The notes beneath the pieces are model-generated. The model was given only the letters and a program-made list of their open reading frames with translations. It was not told the origin of the DNA and searched no databases. Below are positions 27,402-40,950 of a stretch of DNA of 64,000 nucleotides, piece after piece. The stretch lies in contig JALMLS010000194.1 of NCBI GenBank assembly GCA_038496445.1, positions 1-64,000 on the forward strand, given 5' to 3'. Each line of letters opens with the position of its first letter. Positions within the stretch are counted from its first letter, which is position 1. A program made the translations under genes and the position numbers. The stretch is from Trichosphaerium sp. ATCC 40318. Its lineage: Eukaryota > Protista > Tubulinea.

Positions 27402-30400
27402 ATGCGTTCCCTCATTACGATCGCTTTGATACTACTATCGCTTATCGCTATAACGCCTTCCGGGGCTCAAAATGTTATTCGGATTGGAAGTGTATACGCT
27501 ACAGAGGGATCAACAGCAGGCATTCACCTTTTGCTAAGAAACGGACAACAAATGTGGAAACAAACGGTTTGTTAACCTTTTAGAAAATCAATCAATTGTT
27601 GACCAACAACCGATAGGTAAACGCTCGGGGAGGTATTACTGTGAATGGAACGGCGTATACTGTCGAGATTATCGAACAAGGAGCAGGTAGAGTACTCCGA
27701 ATATGTTGTTTAAGTAGTATCCAACTTTTTAAAGATCGATTAAAGCTGTGCTTTATTTATAGTTCTATTTTGTCTTCGAACGGTTCTATTATTTAGAGAC
27801 TTATTCATCTTTTAGGCGATTCAGGAGATTCTGTTGCCAATGCTACAACGTTCCTTATTGAGAACAGAAACGTTGACTTTGTTTTATTGGTACGGTATTC
27901 AAATCACGTGGTTTTTTTTTCTTAATACACATCGTCTGACTACTTAAATACTACAGCCTATAACCACGCACTTGGGACTTCCTGGCGCTCTTGTGGCAAA
28001 CGATAAGAAAGTAAATTCGTTATTACGTACGTAATATGGATACGAACCTCTCAAGTTGTTTGAACAACTCAAAAACGAAGTTTTCTTTTTTTTTTTGTAG
28101 AAAACGATAAAATCAATCAAGAAATATTTTTCTTTTCTTTCGACTTTTTTTTGCTGATGCTTCGTTTTTTTATAGCCGGAGCTGCTACTCCGAGTAATTA
28201 CATTTGTGACGACCAACTTCTTTATCCTTGCACTCATCCTTTCGGAAGAAGGTTGACATATGTCTCTAGCCTTATACAACCTACTACAAGGTTCATGGTA
28301 GAAGCATTAAACTTGTTAGCAGTCTCTAACAACATTAAAACAATCGCTGTCTATTGGGAAGGTACAAACTGTCAAGTCTTCTTTCTTAATTCTTCCAAAT
28401 ACTGTGGTTGTTGTTGTTTGTTGACCTTTGTTTATTATAGATTCTGCATTCACTGAGTCTGTTGCAACTGGGGCTCTAAGAAGTATTCAATTTTTAGGCC
28501 TAGATCTTGTGTACAGTAAAGCTATCACATTCTCTTCAAATGCAACGAAAACTCGACCTGAGATTGAAGACATGATTAATGTACTTAAAGAAAAGAAACC
28601 TGGTACGTTGCGCAACATTGACTATCCATTATTATGTTATTATATCACACTGACTTGTTCGAAGATGTTGTTTTGGGAGGAACATTCTTCACTTGCGCCA
28701 TTTTCTTGGAGACGGCGAAGAAAATGAACTTCAATGCTGATGTACGTCTTGCTTCTAGGAAAACCAGTACTGTTTCTCATGGATTCGTTTTAGGCGTATG
28801 TTTTTTCAAGACCATGTAAGCCTGAAACAGTAGGACTAGACGCCAGATATGTCATTGCAACAGGCGGAAATGTATGTCCAGAACTCGATACTTTTTTTTT
28901 TTTCGGGTTTTAACAAACCGATTAAATTGATCCTTTACTTTAGTGGGATGATCGACTAAGAAGTGATCGCTATGATGAACACGATACAAGTATTCCGTAC
29001 CATCATTTTATTAGCAACGGGAGTGAAACTTCACCAATGATTTTCAGCCAAAAGTATGAAGAGCTTTACAGCGCAGCACCAACTGCCAATGGTATAACCT
29101 TCTTTTCTCTCTAACTCAATACTCATCTTCTGTTAACTAATCATAATATTCAGGTATGCTTGGATACAGCTCAGGATACATCATTCAATACGCTTTTGAA
29201 ACAGCAAAGCACGTGCTATCTTCTTTTGTTTTAGTCGATGAAAACCACCTTTTGTACTAACATTGTTTTTGTTACAGTTCTTTTGATGTCGATGAAGTTC
29301 AAGAAGCGATCAACACAATTGATATAACAGGGTTTTGTGGTGAGTATGAGTTTGATCAATACGGTCAAAATCTTGGAAGAAGCGGTTTAACTCACCAGAT
29401 TGACGAAAATCTGGAATACCATATTGTTGCTCCTCTGTTTGGTGTAACAAAGCAGTTTATATTCCCTGCACCAAAGTGGAACGAGAGACAAACGACATAC
29501 GGTTGGTATAGTACGTTAGCCTTACCACAATTCACACAACAATTTGACTAACAATGAGTTCTTCACTAGAGTACACAAGTGAACTTGTTATCCTCAGTAT
29601 TGTTGCAGCTTTTATTCTTATCACATTGGGTCTAATGGTATGGGTATTAATATTCCATAAACATAGAGTCATTCGTGCTTCACAACCCCTATTTGTTATC
29701 TTCGCACTGGTACGTACTATGAAAAAAAAAAACAAAACCATTTTTCTGTTTATATTCTTACTTTTGGTTTTTTAGATTGGAAGTATTCTTATGTACTCTT
29801 CTGTGTTTTTCTGGACTCTTCATACTGATACACTTCATTGTAATCTAATACGATGGTTACTTGCTGTTGGATTTGGTGTAAGTTCATTATCACGTTTAGC
29901 TGCAAATCCTCATACTTAAGTACCTTTAGTTGACATATGGAGCGATGTTTGCGAGGATTTACAGAATAGGACAAATCTTCCTTGTTAAGTCTTTGGATGT
30001 CTTTAAAATAACGAATATGATGATAATACCGATCGTTGCTGTTATTGTAAGTATAGAGATTGTTATTCTAGCCATATGGACAGCTGTAAGTGTTGGTCGT
30101 GCTGAACTTGTTGAAGAAAGACCATTTGTTCTTTCCGATGACTATTTTCAATGTGCAAATTCAACAAAGGATACCATATTCTTCTTCATCATATTTATCT
30201 TCAACGCTGGTGTTCTGATTTACGGACTTTACTGGATCTATAGAATATGGAGACTAAAGGCTGTTCTATATAACGAATCAAGGTAAGAGGAAAACTAAGT
30301 TTGAACAACCAACGTTTTTGACTTTTTTTTAGATCCATTGGATTCGCTGTTTACACTCTCACGTTTTTCATCATCATTATTATCATCATTCAAGTACGTA

Positions 30401-30821
30401 TTCAGACTATATCATTAATCTATCACATATTCATAATATTGTTAAGGTGTTTGGATCAAGTGATCGTGAGGTTGCGTTCATTCTTCGATCTTTGTGTCTT
30501 GTTCTTGGACCATTTATTTCAATAATGTCTTTGCTCGGCCCAAGAATGTATTACATGACAAAAACAGATGAAGAACTTGACAAGAGCGATAGATCTATGT
30601 CAATGAACCTAAGAATAAACTCAGCTACAACAAACAACCGAAGCTCAGTCAATTGCAGCGAAGAAGTTGATCTACAGAAAAAAGTTGAGACATTACAAAC
30701 ACGTGTTGCTGACTTAGAGAAACAACTAAAAAAAGCAAACGCAAATCCTGATGGTGGTGTTATGCAAACAGATGAAGAATCACAATCAAGCAAGTCATCA
30801 ATCGAAGAAAGTAGTGCGTAA
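27402..30821 (+). CDS. Class C (GABA-B-like / Dictyostelium Grl-like) GPCR, multi-exon
   Basis: Signal peptide MRSLITIALILLSLIAITPSGA; periplasmic-binding-type ectodomain (IRIGSV..., VNARGGI.VNG..Y.VEI); 7TM_3 motifs VIRASQPLF, ARIYRI..IF, YNESR.IG; C-terminal coiled coil. Confidence 0.85.
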
Positions 30822-31106
30822 GAAGCGCACAAGAAGCGTAGCATGTAAACTTAGATACTGTTAAAAAAAAATTATTAAATAAAAACAACTTGTATCCAAA
30901 GAGCCATTAAATACCACTATCACCAAAATACCAGCTGTAGAGGTATTTGCATACCAAGATCCATATACAAGCAAAAAGAGCATTGGTAAAAAAATGTTTC
31001 ATGTGCGGTTAACTAGTAAAAAAAGACGTCCGAGATTTGCCTACCAAAATGAAATTAGGTGGCTATTTTTCAACGCCAACAATTATTACGACCATATCAC
31101 GCGTTT

Positions 31107-32894
31107 ATGGCAGAGCCGCAATCTTCGTTGGTTAATTTACAATATGTTAACCGTTTGGCCACTGGTGAACACCATTCAATGGTAATCGCAGACGATGGCT
31201 TTGTTTACACGTGGGGACAAAACGATCACCGTCAATTGGGTAATACAGACGAATTAACGAGTTATATCGCAAGACCAATAAAATCAGTCATAAATATCGT
31301 CTGTATTGCTGCTGGATACTTTCATAGCCTTGCAGTTGATTCAAACGGTATTGTGTATGCATGGGGCCGTAATTCAAACGGGTCATTGGGTCTGGGTGAC
31401 TTTGCGTCACCTGTTTCGTCACCAACACGTGTTCCAAATCTCAACAATATCACGAAAGTCTCTGCCTTTTATGTGAGTATGGCATTATCAAAATCAGGTC
31501 ATGTGTACTCTTGGGGAGACAACATAAATCAAGGATTGGGTCATTCATTCGACAATTCGAAAGTTTCATCACCAGCGGTTATTTCAAATCTTCAAAATGT
31601 TCAAAAAATTCAAACTAATTGTTATGTAAGTGGAGCAATGACATCAACAGGTCATGTCTTTCTTTGGGGAACAACAAAACATGAAGCGGTAGATAAACCA
31701 TTATTCTTGAATCCAAAGACAATTTCACGTGTTCCAAGTATTGATGATGCCACTGATATTGCCATTGGTTTTAGTCATGTACTTGTTCTCCTCAAGTCAG
31801 GACAAGTATTTTCTTTTGGACACAGCTTGCATGGGTGTCTTGGGTTGGGTATTGATGACGAGTATGACCAGGGTATCATCAAAGGACTCAATAACATCAA
31901 ATCTGTACATGCTGGTTTGCATACATCATTTGCGATTGATGATGAAGGTTGTTTGTTTGGTTGGGGTTTTGGGAAATGGATTGATTCGTTCTCATCAAAC
32001 AAACCATTAAAATTACCTGGAAAATATCTTGAGTTTGCCAATAAACAATGGCATTACTTGGCAATATCTCATGACTTTCAGTTGGTCACAGGTGGAGATA
32101 ATTATTGTGGTGAATCAACACGACAAAAGTTAACATTCAACAATCACCAAAAGGTACTTTGTAATCTCATTCATCTTGCTGTCTATTTGACAAGTCATTA
32201 GCAAACAAACAAAGATACAATCGACACTCAGCAATTGGATGAACAGCCAATCAACAATTCATCAATCAAAGTACATCCATCTGAAGAGATGTTCATATCA
32301 AAAAAGGGTATTCGAGATGTACCTCAGAAATTTGGACAAACAGAACAAGATCTTCAGATTCTCGAAAATGCTCGTAATCTCATTCAATCCAAACAACAAC
32401 AAGTCGCCGATATCAAAGTACGTATACAAACACCAAACTATTTTACATATTTGTCTTATTGTAACACTTTTCAGGATGACTCTATTGATGATTTGTCCAA
32501 ATACAATCCACCCACCAATAAATCTAATCAACGACCACCTATAATCGATGTTGATGATCTTGTATCAAGACAATCATGGGTTCAAGATAAGTTTGAAACG
32601 ATCAACCTCAGCAACGTACAACCAATAATTTTATTTCCTCATTTTTTACTAAATTGGTTTTTTTTGTAGCCTTCAATCGGAGTACCATCTGAATCTTTGA
32701 CAAATAACCAATCTTCATGGGTTTCAAAATTAGTGGTGGCAGGGTTTAGCGAAACAAGATCACAAGAGTTTGGATTATTGTTGGATCGAATGTGCGTTGA
32801 ATTGAAAGATATGACAGGTGAGCTTATGAAAGAGATTGGGTTCACACCATCAGAACGTTTCAAGTTTATCAAATATCAAGACAGCCACATGTAA
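31107..32894 (+). CDS. RCC1-linker-SAM copy E (intact; divergent linker, class II SAM)
   Basis: RCC1 exon ending NNHQK|GT. Divergent exon 2 (FISKKGIRDVPQKFGQTEQDLQILENA). Last exon SWVSKLVVAGFSETRSQEFGLLLDRMCVELKDMTGELMKEIGFTPSERFKFIKYQDSHM*. Confidence 0.85.
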
Positions 32895-33653
32895 CACGCT
32901 ACTCTTGTGAGTACCTAAAGAAGCTGTAATGTAGGACGAATGTCAAAACAAATCAATAAACAGAACTTATAAATTCAAAAACTATTTTGGTTTTTGATAA
33001 GCTGTAACTTAAGTTAACGACATATCCGTTTGTGAGAAGTAACATGGAATATCTATCGCTTGGTTTTATATATTAGAATCTATTTTCCAAATCAAGGCAC
33101 CACAGTAGCGGGTTTATAGTGGCCAATGTACACAATCTTTTACAATGTAATTTTATTTTCGGACAACATCAGTTCGCTTTCCATATTGGGTACCTCTTAC
33201 TCATTACACTAAACTACCGTAACTGACACCTTATTCTGTGACATAAGCTAAAAGCTAAATGCTACATCAATAGTATAAACCAACAATACAATAGATACTC
33301 CACTTTGTTTGCGAAAAGGTGACAGGAAATGTTCGGTTTAAGGGCACAAAAAAAAATAGTTTTTTGGCAATTTCTCAGAATCTACATCCTTCTTCGCCTT
33401 CTCACTACTGTTGACGCATTTATATCACATAGCGGACATGTGACAAAAGTATGGGCACTGTAGGCCACCGTAGTTAAATTGTTAAAATTTCATCAACTTT
33501 CTAGTTTACATGCGGATTTGAACTAACACCCATCCGCATGCAAACCAATAAGTGCAGTGTGCATGCTTCAATAATATAAGAAAAATTATTCCGGCACTCT
33601 GAGGTGTAAACGATCAAATTTAAATTTTTACTTTTTTTGCTCATAGTGCGCCG

Positions 33654-34477
33654 TAAGCTATTTTTTCTAACCTCTGTGAGTACTCCCAATACGTTTTTTT
33701 ACGCATAAAGAAACGTTTTATAACACTTATTATCCCAAACAATGTGCCATTGTAAAACGTATGTTGTAGATGCAAATAAGGCTTGTACAGTCTATTATTA
33801 AGCGTCTGTAGTATATATCAGGGTTTTATGTGGATAAGAGCCTTCAATACAGTTTGAGGCTGAACAAACTCTTTTCTTCACAATTACGCTACAGCGGTAC
33901 TCTAATGGCTTTTTAAATTAAACTGGAGTATTTAAACAGTTCCAGCACAACTACAATATTCAAAAGTCGAGAAACCATTCAAAATAGAAGCAGTTTTATC
34001 ATTGTAGGATAGCCAGTGGTAACCAAGTATTTTCAATGTGTTACATTTGGTCACGTGTCAAAAATAATTAGTTAGTTTTCATAAGAACTTTGTCACGCAA
34101 TATCATGTTACACAGCTTTGGTACAATGATAAACACTTCCAACTGTAAGGTTCCAAGAGATAACGTACGAGATTGTATTAAAAACTTTATTTACATGATT
34201 CTTATACTCAATATGTTTCTAGAGTACGGAGCGTTACACCAAAATTACAGCTAAGTGTCAGTTAGTTACAACGCTTTGAGCGAAAATATAATGATTTCTA
34301 ATTTGCTCCATAGCTCACAAAAATAGGTAGACACACTTATAGCGTGTAAGTAGGCCCACCTCGTCTGCTCTATTAATATTAATAATTGTAACGGCACATA
34401 GTCTGGGATAACAACGTTTCTGTACGCATTAAAAAAGCGTATTGGGAGTACTCAAAGAGATTACAAAAAATAGCTTA
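33654..34477. mobile_element. Decayed fold-back / non-autonomous TIR element
   Basis: 33654-~33753 (TAAGCTATTTTTTCTAACCTCTGTGAGTACTCCCAATACG...TTATCCCAAACAATGTGCC) is an imperfect inverted repeat of ~34385-34477. No coding capacity seen; both ends are TA. Confidence 0.55.
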
Positions 34478-35064
34478 AACTTATCAAACATTTCCTTTAC
34501 AAGTTTAAAGAATCTCTTGACTTTACCTTTGGTCTAAAACCTATCTCATGACTTGACCGTTTGGTCACATAGCCTGAGACCTTTCTAAAACGTGGCCGAG
34601 TACATCACAGTCATTGCTTAGGATTCAAGACCGTTGACTTGTGTAAGCTTGCTTTACTGAGCTCAGTGCTATTTGCTTTCAAGAAATGGTAGAGCTTAAG
34701 TTTTGTCAAAAACTCTTGAAGGTTAACATGTGGCTTTGGGGAAATAAACGCTTTGCACATGAAAGCTGGTGTTGGGTACGCCTTTATTTTTCTTTTTAGG
34801 CTATGACATCTTTGAGTAATACAGTGGCGTTGGTTCTTCACAACATTACTTGAACCTCAATCACATTGTCTTGAGATACACTTCTGCTTTGTGCGCTTCT
34901 TAAACACTACTTTCTTTCGTTTGATGACTCATTTGATTGCAATTCTTCATCTGTTTCCATAGTGCATCCATCAATATTATTTTAGTCGAGCAAGGACACT
35001 GGATTATGTGCTAGTTTCACTTGTAGAACTTATTATCAAATAGACGATGTGTATTTAGAACAAA

Positions 35065-35502
35065 AACCCACGTGATTGGAAAACCAATAAAACAAAGTCC
35101 ACGTTTCTGTTTTCAATAAGGAGCGTTGTAGCATTGGCAAAAGAATCTCCTGAATCGCCTAAAGGATGAATAAGTCTCTAAATAGAGCCGTTCGTAGACA
35201 AAATAGAACTATAAATAAAGCACAACTTTACCAACATAAAGTTGAGACAAACTTGGAGTACTCTACCTTCCTCCTGTTCGATAATTTCAACATGATAGTC
35301 CGTTCTATTTACTGTAATACCTCAACACAACCTATATGCGTTCCCTCATTATGATCGCTTTGATACTACTATCGCTTATCGCTATAACGCCTTCCGGGAC
35401 TCAAAATGTTTTTTCATATATCGATAGTAGTATCAAAGCGATCATAATAAGGGACACATATTGCTCATGTTGAGGTGCTTCATTTTGTTCATACTGGTTA
35501 TT
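35065..35502 (-). pseudogene. Rearranged remnant of the 5' end of the class C GPCR gene
   Basis: 35065-35323 is a degenerate reverse complement of ~27630-27910. 35422-35502 is a reverse complement of ~27359-27440. 35334-35410 is a forward near-exact copy of 27400-27476. Confidence 0.8.
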
Positions 35503-35722
35503 AACTTCGAATCACAAATTGTACCAAAAAATCCCGGTCCATGGTGAAATCACTCACAACTTTTCTCAAGTTTTTTTTTTCTGTTGCTACCAAAACTTGT
35601 TTTTTCTTTCTAACAAAGTGTACCGTTTCCATGGAAATATCTGGCGAAATAACTAGTTGACTAACTAACTTGACTGAAACGGACAATAAATACAAAATTC
35701 ATTTTTCATGCCATGGAAGATA

Positions 35723-35983
35723 CGGACCCACGTTTTTTCCGAATTTTTCGAAAGAAAAAATTCGAAAAAATAGAATTCGATACAAAAACCGAATGCCTAT
35801 ACCCACCAATGGATCACTATATGTGAGCGAAGGTCGGGTTCTAGTTCCGAGCACAGCGAGGACCCGACCGTAAGTGAACCAGGCGCTTTCTAGTTTAGTG
35901 GACTGCCCTAGCTATGCATCTTTCTACGAATTCTATTTTTTCGAATTTTTGTTTTCGGAAAATTCGGAAAAAACTATGGCCCC
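35723..35983. mobile_element. MITE copy 1 (261 bp) with 8-bp TSD GGAAGATA
   Basis: Imperfect ~55-bp TIRs (..GTTTTTTCCGAATTTT.CGAAA..AAAAATTCGAAAAAATAGAATTCG). GGAAGATA at 35715-35722 and 35984-35991. A near-identical second copy starts at 40698. Confidence 0.9.
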
Positions 35984-36739
35984 GGAAGATAATCGCAGTA
36001 TTTTACCTACGCAAACTGTACACGGTACGACCAAACCACATATGTGCTCAATGAGCTAAAAGCGAATTAAAACGGTATGATGTCCTACAAAGCTACACGC
36101 ATTACTGCCAAACACACGGCATGAATGCCTCAAACACTGGCTTTACATGCTTCAAAAAATCAACGTACGTGTATAACGTACTAGCGCCTACTCCACGCTA
36201 ACAAAAGCGCTATGGCAGCACCCAAACAGCAAGGCACCCAGTGTAACAATTAATAACGTTAAACCCTCCCCAAACTCCACCAGCGTTGCTGTAGGCTTTG
36301 TAAACGCCGCCAGGTGTCAACTATGTAAATAAAAAATTTTGCTATGGGGTTTGTTAAATCACGTGGGTTTGAAACGGTGATTCAAGCGTGAGGTAGATCG
36401 CATTAAAAAGGACATTTGCAAAATGTGTCATGAGTCAAATCCGTCAGATCTGACAGCTCAGCGGAAACTGGATTTTTTTTGCTAAAAGTCAGTCTCAAGA
36501 CAGACAATGTTAAAAAAAAACAACTTATATCCAAAGAGCCATTAAATACCACTATCACCAAAATACCAGCTGTAGAGGTATTTGCATACCAAGATCCAGA
36601 TACAAGCAAAAGAGCATTGGTAAAAAATGTTTCAGTATGGTTAACTCGTAAAAAAAAGACGTCCGAGATTTGCCTACCAAAATGAAATTAGATGGCTATT
36701 TTTCAAAGCCAACAATTATTACGACCATATCACGCGTTT

Positions 36740-38518
36740 ATGGCAGAGCCACAATCTTCGTCGGTTAATTTACAATATGTTAACCGTTTGGCCACTGGTG
36801 ATGAACATTCAATGGTAATTGCAGACGATGGCTTTGTTTACACGTGGGGACGAAACTATGAGCGCCAATTGGGTAATACAGACGAAAATGAGAGTTATAT
36901 CGCAAGACCAATAAAATCACTCATAAATATCGTCTGTATTGCTGCTGGATACTTTCATAGCCTTGCAGTTGATTCAAACGGTATTGTGTATGCATGGGGT
37001 TATAATTTAAATGGTGAATTGGGTCTGGGTGACTTTGCGTCACCTGTTTCGTCACCAACACGTGTTCCAAATCTCAACAATATCACGAAAGTCTCTGCCT
37101 ATGAAGTGAGTATGGCGTTATCAAAATCAGGTCATGTCTACTCTTGGGGATACAACAGATATCAAGGATTGGGTCATTCATTCGACAATTTGAAAGTTTC
37201 ATCACCAGCGGTTATTCCAAATCTTCAAAATGTTCAAAAAATTCAAACTAATCGGTTTGTAAGTGGAGCAATGACATCAACAGGTCATGTCTTTCTTTGG
37301 GGAACAACAAATAATAAAGCAAGAGATGAAGCAAGAGATAAATCATTATTCTTGAATCCAAAGACAATTTCACGTGTTCCAAGTATTGATGATGCCACTG
37401 ATATTGCCATTGGTTCTCGTCATGTACTTGTTCTCCTCAAGTCAGGACAAGTATTTTCTTTTGGACGCAACTACAATGGGTGTCTTGGGTTGGGTATTGA
37501 TGACAAGTATGGCCAGGGTATCATCAAAGGACTCAATAACATCAAATCTGTACATGCTGGTGTGCGGACATCATTTGCGATTGATGATGAAGGTTGTTTG
37601 TTTGGTTGGGGTAAAGGGAAATGGATTGATTCGTTCAGATCAAACAAACCATTAAAATTACCTGGAAAATATCTTGAGTTTGCCAATAAACGATGGCATT
37701 ACTTGGCAATATCTCATGACTTTAAGTTGGTCACAGGTGGAAATAATCATTATGGTAAATCAACACCACAAAAGTTGACATTCAACAATCACCAAAAGGT
37801 ACTTTGTAATCTCATTCATCTTTCTGTCTATTTGACAAGTCATTAGCAAACAAACAAAGATACTTGCAAATCCGAAGACAATGACATGAAAGAAGACAGA
37901 AAAGACAAGTACTTGTCAAAAGCTGTGGTTGATCCCAATCGTGACTACACCAAGTTTGGAGATGCTCCTGAACATCTTGATATCATTCAAGATGCCTTTG
38001 AAGCCTTTAAAATACTAAATCAAGAAAAAGATGTATTGTTTGTATTACAAAAATAGCTTTTAACACTAACGAACCTGGTAGACTGACAAAGTGTTTACTC
38101 CGTCACCTGATGAATCCAATCTCCAACCTCCAAATGACACGAATGAAATACCGCCACTAAATTCATGGATTGATAAGCCTCAAGTTTCTGTTGTTAACAC
38201 CAACAAGAAGGTAACCATCTTTGTTTTGCGTTCAGAAACAGAAAAATAACATAATTATTTTAGTCGCAATTCAGTCCACCACATGAGACTCAATCAATTG
38301 ATACTGTTGTTCAACCGACACAACCACAGATCGTTAATTGGAAGTTATTGCTTGCGAGGTTGGGCATCAAAAGCGAGAGAGCACAAGAACTTGGATTGTT
38401 GATGAACGAATTACGTATTAAACCTGACGACATTAACCAAGATGTACTGATTGAAATTGGATTCAGTTTGATGGAACGTATCAAAATCACCAAAGCGAAG
38501 CTTAACAACGTCATTTGA
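36740..38518 (+). CDS. RCC1-linker-SAM copy F (intact)
   Basis: RCC1 exon ending NNHQK|GT; an in-frame upstream ATG exists at 36692. Exon 2 QTNKDTCKSEDNDMKEDRKDK... SAM-like NWKLLLARLGIKSERAQELGLLMNELRIKPDDINQDVLIEIGFSLMERIKITKAK. Confidence 0.88.
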
Positions 38519-40697
38519 ATCATTAGGTGAACAATCAAAGAAGAAGTTACAAATACAAAGATGTACTGACGTTGTAGGAGAATAGAATAAATAGTTTTAT
38601 ATTTATTTTATCACGTGTATATCACTAGTTTTTTTTTTTTTTTTTTTGCGTTTTTTTTTGTTAGCCCCTACGTCCACTCTTCTTCAAACAGCTTGGTAGA
38701 AAACCTACCTACTGACTCTCATATGACACCAATGTGGCTCAGTGCTATTTCTTTCAAGAATCGTTAGAGATTAAGTTTTGGCAGGTGCTATAAAAGCTTA
38801 CTCGTTTACAAGGCACTAATCACGCTCACTTTTATTTTTTTTTATTTTCGGATTTGGTATCGCTTTCAAGGTTACTATGGTTACTAGGTATAAATAACCG
38901 CTTGGCGTACATGGGTTTGCACTACTTTTCGCGAAATTGATTAGAGCCACGATTGACTAAAAAATGTGCTGTTTTCTGCAAAAATGTTGTATAAAAGGTC
39001 TCCAAAAGAACAGATTTCGAAATTGATTATAGCCACGATTGGCTAAAAAAAGTGATATTTTGTATGTTATTGAAAAATTAAAGTCCTGTTTGTGATTGTG
39101 AATAAGCACTACATAGCACTTGCTTACATATGTTAATATTCTCATAGAGTGTAAACGTTTATTGTCGTTTATCAAGCTTCCAATACATTAACCAACAACA
39201 GCTGATTTCTTGATGCCATTTTTTTCCAAATCTGAAATTTGTTACCTTCTAAAAGTTGAAACGTTTTTTCTTGTGCTTGTTACAATTATGGCGCCACTAA
39301 TACCACAACATCTAAAGCATGTTTTTAGATGATTTTAAAATTTTCAAGTGCTACAAGTACGTGCATACCTCTGGGTGCTTCAGGGAATACTTGCCTAAAT
39401 GGCACTATTTTTTTGTGTACCATTTATGATAACCTATATAACTATATTTGCATATCATACAATGTGGAATTAAACAGTACCTATATAGTAGGCTACTGTT
39501 CAAATAACATTATGGATTAATATCCGAAAGTATGATGAGTGAAAGGCTCAGTGATTCTACGAAATTTTGTTTAAAAAACAGCGTTTTTGGGTGGCTCTTT
39601 TTTTTCCTTTTTGACTGTACATTAATCCATAGGCTGTGAATGTTTATGGAAAGACAGCTTTGATTTGGACAGGTAATATCACACAACAAGGTAAAACATA
39701 TGTTATTCATGTTACTATTTAGTACTAATGGTATTCAATAAAATCGATCAATTTTAGTCAAAGCCAATGCCGATATATCGGCTGTTGATAAACTACTTAC
39801 GTTTATTTGTCTGCGTTGCATCAACATACATTGGTGCCAACCAAGGGTTTACATAGGAGTTACACCTACCACTCTCAACATGAGAAGAGACAGGACGCCT
39901 ACTAGGCGGACTGTAATTGTCCGGTTAAGACCAACCGCCCAGAAAGGAGTGATCAGGTCAAGTTGTAAAAGCTGACCAAGTTCGTTGATGGTTGATAGCA
40001 ATGTCAGATTGGAGGAGCGCTGGCAGGCGCTCATATTTGTATTTGTGAGTGAATAAACGTTGAGAGCACATGCTGCCACCGTGTTGAATAGAGTTATATT
40101 CCAGCCAGACAATTCTGAGAAGAACCAAGAACTCAATTTGTTGCTTGGGTTTGAGTTTACCTAAGTTGTATAGTATACTAGAGTTGTACTTGAAAGATAG
40201 TTTAAGCGTAGAGCATAGAACAGAGGCCAGATTAGGCGGAGGGGAATAGGCTGTTGATAAAGCTGGAAACACAGAGCACAGGACCTTCAAATTTTTAACT
40301 GTCTTGACGGAACTTACAAGAACTAGCGAAAGTGACAAGATCTGGCGCTGCAAATTTTTGTTTAATTAATAACACGACTTTTGCTAAGGCATTCATGGAT
40401 ATGGCAATAAACTACTTTGCAAGAGAATTTGTATGTAGCAGCTGCCGCTTTAGCTGCTGTTTTTTCTTGTCAACCTTACCAGAACGCTCTGATGTGAGCT
40501 TGCTAATAGGTGCCACTGCCAAATGTGTTTTAAAAAACAGTGCAAAAACTTTATTTTGGCATCGCTGCACGTAGGTGATGCTACGGTAGCATTATTTTGA
40601 GTTTTTGAAACAAAGAGAGCAAGGATAACAATACGGACTATACAGTCACGTCACAGTCAATGTAAACAATACAGCTTTTGATCTCTGTGCAACTCAA

Positions 40698-40950
40698 CGG
40701 ACCCACGTTTTTTCCGAATTTTTCGAAAGACAAAATTCGAAAAAATAGAATTCAATACAAAAACCGAATGCCCTATACCCACCAATGGATCACTATATGT
40801 GAGCAAAGGTCGGGTTCTAGTTCCGAGCACAGCGAGGACCCGACCGTAAGTGAACCAGGCGCTTTCTAGTTTAGTGGACTGCCCTAGCTATGCATCTTTC
40901 TACGAATTCTATTTTTTCGAATTTTTGTTTTCGGAAAAAACTATGGCCCC
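40698..40950. mobile_element. MITE copy 2 (253 bp) with 8-bp TSD CAACTCAA
   Basis: Same element as 35723-35983 with a small deletion in the right TIR. CAACTCAA at 40690-40697 and 40951-40958. Confidence 0.9.

Noticed and set aside
31729-32010. Recurring 93-aa alternative-frame ORF (MFQVLMMPLILPLV...) inside each RCC1 exon
   Set aside because: It starts at GTG and recurs only because the underlying DNA is near-identical; there is no independent evidence of coding.
38628-38660. Long T run after copy F as a retroposition tail
   Set aside because: It is poly-T on the sense strand, the gene retains introns, and homopolymer runs are common throughout the window.
39849-40574. Overlapping ORFs between F and MITE 2
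   Set aside because: No motif, start context or splice pattern supporting a real gene.
35723-40950. Composite transposon of two MITEs carrying copy F
   Set aside because: Each MITE has its own distinct TSD, indicating independent insertions.
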